A stretch of 64,000 bases of DNA from sequence record ON528727, one strand, 5' to 3'. Below are positions 60,101 to 64,000 of this stretch, piece by piece. The first letter of the stretch is position 1, and each line of letters starts with the position of its first letter. The translations under genes and the position numbers were made by a program. Under the pieces are notes generated by a model. That model did no database searches, was not told where the DNA came from, and saw only the letters and a program-made list of their open reading frames with translations. Source of the DNA: Shigella phage ESh17.

Positions 60101-60392
60101 TAAAAACTTGAGCTGAAATACTACTACCAGCGGTAATCTGGCCACTTGTGGAAAAATTTCCAAAATTGTTTATTGGTCCATTGACGCGTAAAGTTCCATC
60201 AATAGTTACATTTCCACTGATATTACCGCCAGCGGAAATGCTTAAATCAATGATATTTCCTGAATCATCTTTAGTAAAAATTGTTCTATCTTTTAAGTTT
60301 ATAGCCAATTCACCTTCGGCTAATACTGAAGCAGCAGGACGTGCACCTGCGGTTTTGCTTCTTTTAAATTGTATTTGTTTTAAAGTAGCCAT
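57198..60392 (-). CDS. 37: long tail fibre distal subunit gp37
   Basis: 1064 aa; Gly/Ser/Thr-rich beta-fibre sequence; C-terminal His-x-His repeats. Confidence 0.9.
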   Translation of the reverse strand: MATLKQIQFKRSKTAGARPAASVLAEGELAINLKDRTIFTKDDSGNIIDLSISAGGNISGNVTIDGTLRVNGPINNFGNFSTSGQITAGSSISAQVFRALQGSFYTRASNDASNAHLWFENADGTERGVIYARPQTTTDGEIRLRVRQGTGSTINSEFYFRSINGGEFQANRILASDSLVTKRIAADTVIHGGKAFGVYDTDSLVNYVYPGTGETNGVNYLRKVRAKSGGTIWHELCTAQSGQADEMSWWTGSTPISKQFGIRNDGRMIVRNSLALGTMTTDFPSSDYGNGGALGFGAYLALGDNGTGLRYQKTGVYDLVGSGLSVASITPDSFRSTRKALFGRSEDQGTTWIMPGTNAAFLSVQTQADENAAGDGQTHIGYNSGGKMNHYFRGKGKTNINTRKGMEVNPGILKLVTGSNNVMFYADGGITSVKQLSIYNGIYLAANNSTAGLTFAPTTTIDGTKQILWEGGTRAGQNKSYVTVKAWGNSFNASGDRSRETVFEVGDGQGYHFYSQRVAPAPGSTVGPIQLRVNGGLLTSGSIVASGSITTESSLSVNNGMSVNGQAKFGGTADALRIWNAEYGAIFRRSETALHIIPTPKDAGESGGISNLRPLSISLNNGMVQMRHSVTLGDDGAGGNMITVDNDTKLVVVTSNSRISPNYRMQVGQAAYIDAECTDTVRPAGAGSFASQNNENVRAPFYMNINRTDTSTYVPILKQRYVQGNSCYSLGTLINGGNFRVHYHEGGDGGSTGAIIKDLGWEFTKNGDFISPKRVSAGGSVYLGTDGNITGGSGNFANLNSTIESLKTDIVSSYPIGAPIPWPTDTPPDGYAIMEGQTFDKSAYPKLAMAYPSGVIPDMRGQTIKGKPSGRAVLSAEADGVKAHSHSASASSTDLGTKTTSSFDYGTKTTSSFDYGTKTSNTTGNHSHTVSGTTSSAGAHQHARSGPQLQAGIPNNIFYDGYNSVGANANAKITGSVSGATAGSNIAKTSSDGAHTHTWSGTTSTTGNHAHTVGIGAHTHTVGIGAHTHTVAIGSHGHTITVNSTGNTENTVKNIAFNYIVRLA
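57275..57375 (-). repeat. tandem 27-nt repeat encoding GAHTHTV(G/A)I His boxes in the gp37 tip
   Basis: About 2.5 copies of GTGTGGGTATGAGCACCGATACCTACA-like units on the plus strand. Confidence 0.6.
57630..57730 (-). repeat. tandem repeat encoding [10 protein letters not shown] units in gp37
   Basis: About 2.5 imperfect copies of a roughly 27-30-nt unit (CTTAGT(G/A)CCATA(G/A)TCAAA(G/A)CT ...). Confidence 0.55.
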
Positions 60393-60400
60393 AAGTCCTC

Positions 60401-61066
60401 TTAATAATAGCCGAAATCTTGAACAGAATCCTTAATTACGATTTGGTCAAATCGTGGAACGTGTGAAGGTTGAGATGCAGGATTCTGCGAGAAAAAGTTT
60501 GGCGCTGTTAAATTACCTATCATGGTGTCACCAGACCGTAGCACCCTAGAGTTTGCATTTGCCGTAACAGTATTTATTGCTCCATCAACATAGTCCTTTC
60601 TAGTAAGGTCATTCGCTGCTATAGGAGCAGCCGCATCACTTCTTACTTGACCTGCTGCCGACACAACGCCTTTTGTACTAATATCACCATTACGTGCATT
60701 AATTACAACAGTTCGAGCTGCTGAACCTTGTGATGATTTAAAACCAATACCATTCCACGAAACAATATCGATATTTGCTACAGCAAAAGTAGCATTATCA
60801 CCGTTACCTGGATAAACACCGCATGGGTTTGTGTTGTTTACAGCATACGGAACTTGAACACCAGCATTAAATGTTACCTTTGATGCATAAGTACCACCAT
60901 TAGCTTTAGAAACGAAATCGTTATCAACAGCTTGTGGTTTATTGTATTCTGAATATATTTTAAATGATTTATAGAGTACATCGTCACCGGCTGGATTCAA
61001 TGGAAAATTTCCTTGATGCCAAATGACAGAGCCTCCAGTTGTTGAACCTACTTTTAAATCAGCCAT
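60401..61066 (-). CDS. 36: long tail fibre subunit gp36
   Basis: 221 aa; position between 35 and 37. Confidence 0.85.
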   Translation of the reverse strand: MADLKVGSTTGGSVIWHQGNFPLNPAGDDVLYKSFKIYSEYNKPQAVDNDFVSKANGGTYASKVTFNAGVQVPYAVNNTNPCGVYPGNGDNATFAVANIDIVSWNGIGFKSSQGSAARTVVINARNGDISTKGVVSAAGQVRSDAAAPIAANDLTRKDYVDGAINTVTANANSRVLRSGDTMIGNLTAPNFFSQNPASQPSHVPRFDQIVIKDSVQDFGYY

Positions 61067-61089
61067 TGTATGCCCCTTTATTTTAATAG

Positions 61090-61097
61090 TATTTATA
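61090..61097 (-). promoter_or_regulatory. late promoter (TATAAATA) upstream of gene 36
   Basis: Plus-strand TATTTATA about 25 nt upstream of the gene 36 start on the minus strand. Confidence 0.55.
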
Positions 61098-61100
61098 AAG

Positions 61101-61124
61101 AAAAAGGGAACCCGAAGGCTCCCT
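61101..61124 (-). terminator. minus-strand rho-independent terminator after gene 35
   Basis: Minus strand GGGAGCC-TTCG-GGTTCCC followed by TTTTT. Confidence 0.5.
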
Positions 61125-61128
61125 CAAT

Positions 61129-62244
61129 TTAAACTTCTCTAAATTCTTGCCCAAACACTTTACCAGTTTTAGACGATGCTTGCGTAGGAAGTACCATTAT
61201 ATCCGGAGGTGAAGCAGATTCACAGATATAATTAACACGAATGCCATTGACGCCAAATTCAGCAGGTTTCGAAATACCTCCATTTCTTGACACTTCAGAA
61301 AAGCTTAAATTTCTCATGCCACCTTGACCAGCTTGCGCAGTTCTCTGTGCATATATCGTAAATCCGACAGCGTTTTCTGGAACAACCACATAATCTTCTT
61401 TTAATTCCCAAGAACCAGCTTGCCCGGTAAACTCAGCTTGTGTCGAGGAAATATATCCATTCGATGCGTTATAAAAACGGATAGATATATTTGTAGTTCC
61501 AAGCGCAAGTAAATCGGCATCAGCATATAACTGTGCTTTGAGATAAAGAACATCGCCAGGAATTAAATTATAGTCAGATAATTTACTTATGGCAGCTGAA
61601 GTTGGTAGACGTGCAATTTCGTTATTAGTTCCTCCAACCGCCGACATAAATTGCTCAACGCTTTCGTATGTTCTTTTAGGAAATCCTGTGGCTCCAACGT
61701 CCTCTAAACTGTCAAATACAACATCTAAAATAGTTTGATAATCATCTGTGCTTTTTCTATTACTTAGTTTAACATGTTCTAATGCAATAGCTCTTTTAGA
61801 AGAAGTATAAAAGGCAGCATATGATACGTCAAATCTTGACAATAAAGAATCAGATGGAAAAGCAGACGTTCCTGCGGTTCTTAACCAAGATACTACTTCA
61901 GGAGGAAAATTAACCTTTCCGCTAGTTAATATAGCAACAAGTCTATTATTCGCCAAAGAATTCATGAAACTAACAAAAGCAGCTGATGTAGTATCATTTG
62001 AAGTAGAAAAAGCATATGACTTACTATCAACTAATGCTCCGGTGGAAGGGTCAAAAACTCTTAGATGAAGACCTGCGCTAAATGTTTGACTTCCAACAGG
62101 ATTATCTTGAAATTTAACGTATGGTCCTGCAGTAGAAAGCGGGCAAGAACCCGCTATACTTATTTTGTATCTTACTGAATTACTTTCCGATAAAAATGGC
62201 GTTTGGACATATCCTTGTCCAAACTCTGCCATAAATTTTTCCAT
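61129..62244 (-). CDS. 35: long tail fibre hinge subunit gp35
   Basis: 371 aa; position and length as T4 gp35. Confidence 0.85.
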   Translation of the reverse strand: MEKFMAEFGQGYVQTPFLSESNSVRYKISIAGSCPLSTAGPYVKFQDNPVGSQTFSAGLHLRVFDPSTGALVDSKSYAFSTSNDTTSAAFVSFMNSLANNRLVAILTSGKVNFPPEVVSWLRTAGTSAFPSDSLLSRFDVSYAAFYTSSKRAIALEHVKLSNRKSTDDYQTILDVVFDSLEDVGATGFPKRTYESVEQFMSAVGGTNNEIARLPTSAAISKLSDYNLIPGDVLYLKAQLYADADLLALGTTNISIRFYNASNGYISSTQAEFTGQAGSWELKEDYVVVPENAVGFTIYAQRTAQAGQGGMRNLSFSEVSRNGGISKPAEFGVNGIRVNYICESASPPDIMVLPTQASSKTGKVFGQEFREV

Positions 62245-62252
62245 AATACCTC

Positions 62253-64000
62253 TTATTCAATCCATTCAAATTTAACAGATTTATTCATTGGGTCAGGAAT
62301 AATGCGAACATTACCAATTCGTAAGAAATCACGAATAGTAAGATTCCCCATTGTAGCATTATCAGATGGCAAAGCACCGATATCAGACGGCTGAGGAGGG
62401 TTACCTCCATCAAATACCTGAACAAAACTCGACCAAGAATTTTTGGTTTTCTGCCATGTACGTGTCCAGCGAGTGGTACGTGCTTCTGGAGTCGTTGGAT
62501 AAGTAATCCAATCTTGGTAAAGCGAATCAAGTGTGTTACCAAACTGAGTCAATGTACCAGGAGATTTAACTTCTTCGCCACGTTCTAAGTATGGAAGTCC
62601 AGTCACTTCATTAGTTTTTTCAACCATTTTAAAATAACCCGGGAATTGGTTATAAGTAGCTGAATCATTAATATCGATTGACCAGAATCCTACAGTATCA
62701 GATGTCGGTGCACGGGTGTATAAATCAGCGGTTTTAGTACCCTGAGAACGAATTCTCGAGTTAACAGTTAAACCACCTGAATTTATAGTAGCACCTTTGG
62801 CAATGATTAAGCTTTCACCAATCGTTACTTGACCGGACTGATTGTTAATAGCTAAAGGACGTAATCCATTAAATCCGCCAGTCTGATCACCCGATGCAGT
62901 AAGCATGAAATAGGTGTTAGCAGCATCGTTGCGAATAAAGAATCCATAATCACCGTTTATTGCTCTGAAAGCATTTGCAGACTTGCTGATGAATTCACCA
63001 TTAGCAGTAACTGAACTACCAAATGTTGCAACGCCGCCCGCGTTCAAAGAACCCGAAGCATTAACGTTTATCGGCATCACAGTACCATTGATACTAAACG
63101 TTATATTCCCAGCTTTATTACGTTGAGAATAAAAGTGATTAGACGTTTCATCGCCAACCTCAAATACAGTAGAACGTGTTGTATCTGAACCGCCACCAAA
63201 CTGATTTCCCCAAACTCTGATAGTCATCGTCTGTACTGGGTTAGTTCCAGTTTGAGGTCCTTTCTCAAAAATCAGACGAGTTGCCGTTCCAGTATTAGAA
63301 ATAGTTAATGTGCTGTTTGCCGAAACTGATCCGCCAAACGTAGCAGTACTAGATGATACAAGAGGGGCACTCAGATTCGTTTGTTGGGTTAAGGTTAGTG
63401 AACCATTAACCGTCTGTGCAATATCCCTACGAATGAATTGAGATGAATCTAGACCATCTAATAAATTTGCGTCAGCAGCCTTTGCTTTTAATGGCAAATA
63501 GTTAGCGAGTACACGGTTTAATTCGTATGGTGATACTGCATAGCTATTTTTCTCGTATAATTCTAACGACTGTGTTGAACCAACTGTATCATTACCAACG
63601 AATGTAATTGAACCAGATGAAGTTTTAACAAAGCCTCTTATCGCAGTAGTTGCTGCCCAAGTAGGTTCACTCTGCACAATCCATTTTAAATTTTTTGGAG
63701 ATACAGCAGTATTTGCTGACGTTCCAGTCACAGTTTCAGACTGAGTTGCAACTTTAATAACGCCTTCTTGCGATTCGGTAGATTTAGTACCTAAAAGCTT
63801 TTTAGGAGTTATTAAAACATTATCTAATGTTCCTGCAGCAGCTTCAACTTGTGTAGCTACACGAAGTGTACCACGCTGTGTCTCATTTGCTTCAAGAATA
63901 TTAAGGGTATAATGGTCCCAGAGAGTTCCTGATTCAACTAATCCAGATAGAGCAACAACAGAAGTACGATCAGTACTATTAAATCTAGTTTTAATTTTTA
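62253..64000 (-). CDS. 34: long tail fibre proximal subunit gp34, 3' portion (gene continues beyond the window)
   Basis: Minus-strand frame has no stop from 63732 to the window end; the track's GTG at 63731 is an internal codon. Confidence 0.8.
   Translation of the reverse strand, partial: KIKTRFNSTDRTSVVALSGLVESGTLWDHYTLNILEANETQRGTLRVATQVEAAAGTLDNVLITPKKLLGTKSTESQEGVIKVATQSETVTGTSANTAVSPKNLKWIVQSEPTWAATTAIRGFVKTSSGSITFVGNDTVGSTQSLELYEKNSYAVSPYELNRVLANYLPLKAKAADANLLDGLDSSQFIRRDIAQTVNGSLTLTQQTNLSAPLVSSSTATFGGSVSANSTLTISNTGTATRLIFEKGPQTGTNPVQTMTIRVWGNQFGGGSDTTRSTVFEVGDETSNHFYSQRNKAGNITFSINGTVMPINVNASGSLNAGGVATFGSSVTANGEFISKSANAFRAINGDYGFFIRNDAANTYFMLTASGDQTGGFNGLRPLAINNQSGQVTIGESLIIAKGATINSGGLTVNSRIRSQGTKTADLYTRAPTSDTVGFWSIDINDSATYNQFPGYFKMVEKTNEVTGLPYLERGEEVKSPGTLTQFGNTLDSLYQDWITYPTTPEARTTRWTRTWQKTKNSWSSFVQVFDGGNPPQPSDIGALPSDNATMGNLTIRDFLRIGNVRIIPDPMNKSVKFEWIE

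Noticed and set aside
58417-60435. Plus-strand ORFs within gene 37 (58417-58806, 60148-60435) and minus-strand ORFs 59228-59434, 59903-60163
   Set aside because: Antisense or out of frame relative to the long gp37 ORF; Pro/Ser/Leu-rich translations typical of the reverse strand of Gly/Thr-rich fibre genes.
62203-62542. ORFs 62203-62394 (+) and 62285-62542 (-, alternate frame) at the 35/34 junction
   Set aside because: Overlap the gp34/gp35 coding sequences; no start signals.

Overview
This window reads as a contiguous segment of a T4-like (T-even, Tequatrovirus-type) myovirus genome, co-linear with the phage T4 map from the nrdC/gene 49 region through to the long-tail-fibre genes. Gene names are assigned from my recall of T4 protein sequences, motifs and gene order, not from any database search. 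The plus strand carries the early/middle genes in T4 order: nrdC, 49, nrdD, nrdG, nrdH, 55, a-gt, 47, 46, rpbA, 45, 44, 62, regA, 43, imm, 42, uvsX, 40, 41, dmd, sp, 61, dam, 56, soc, modB, modA, srd, dda, dexA, 39, rIIA, rIIB, denB, ndd, stp, 52, motA, arn, asiA. The minus strand carries the late genes t, 38, 37, 36, 35 and the 3' part of 34. The phage is not T4 itself: nrdD is one uninterrupted ORF, the topoisomerase large subunit is a single 605-aa ORF, no homing-endonuclease ORFs are evident, and the position between 42 and uvsX holds a 280-aa DXD-motif glycosyltransferase candidate. The most unusual locus is a roughly 0.86 kb segment between gene 61 and dam (29600-30460) that encodes a 186-aa protein with a PD-(D/E)xK-like nuclease motif directly abutting dam, plus a convergent 66-aa membrane protein with a strong ribosome-binding site. 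Regulatory signals are dense and readable: T4-type early promoters (GTTTAC / TATAAT), MotA-box middle promoters, TATAAATA late promoters and many GC tetraloop terminators. No tRNA, rRNA or CRISPR array was recognised.
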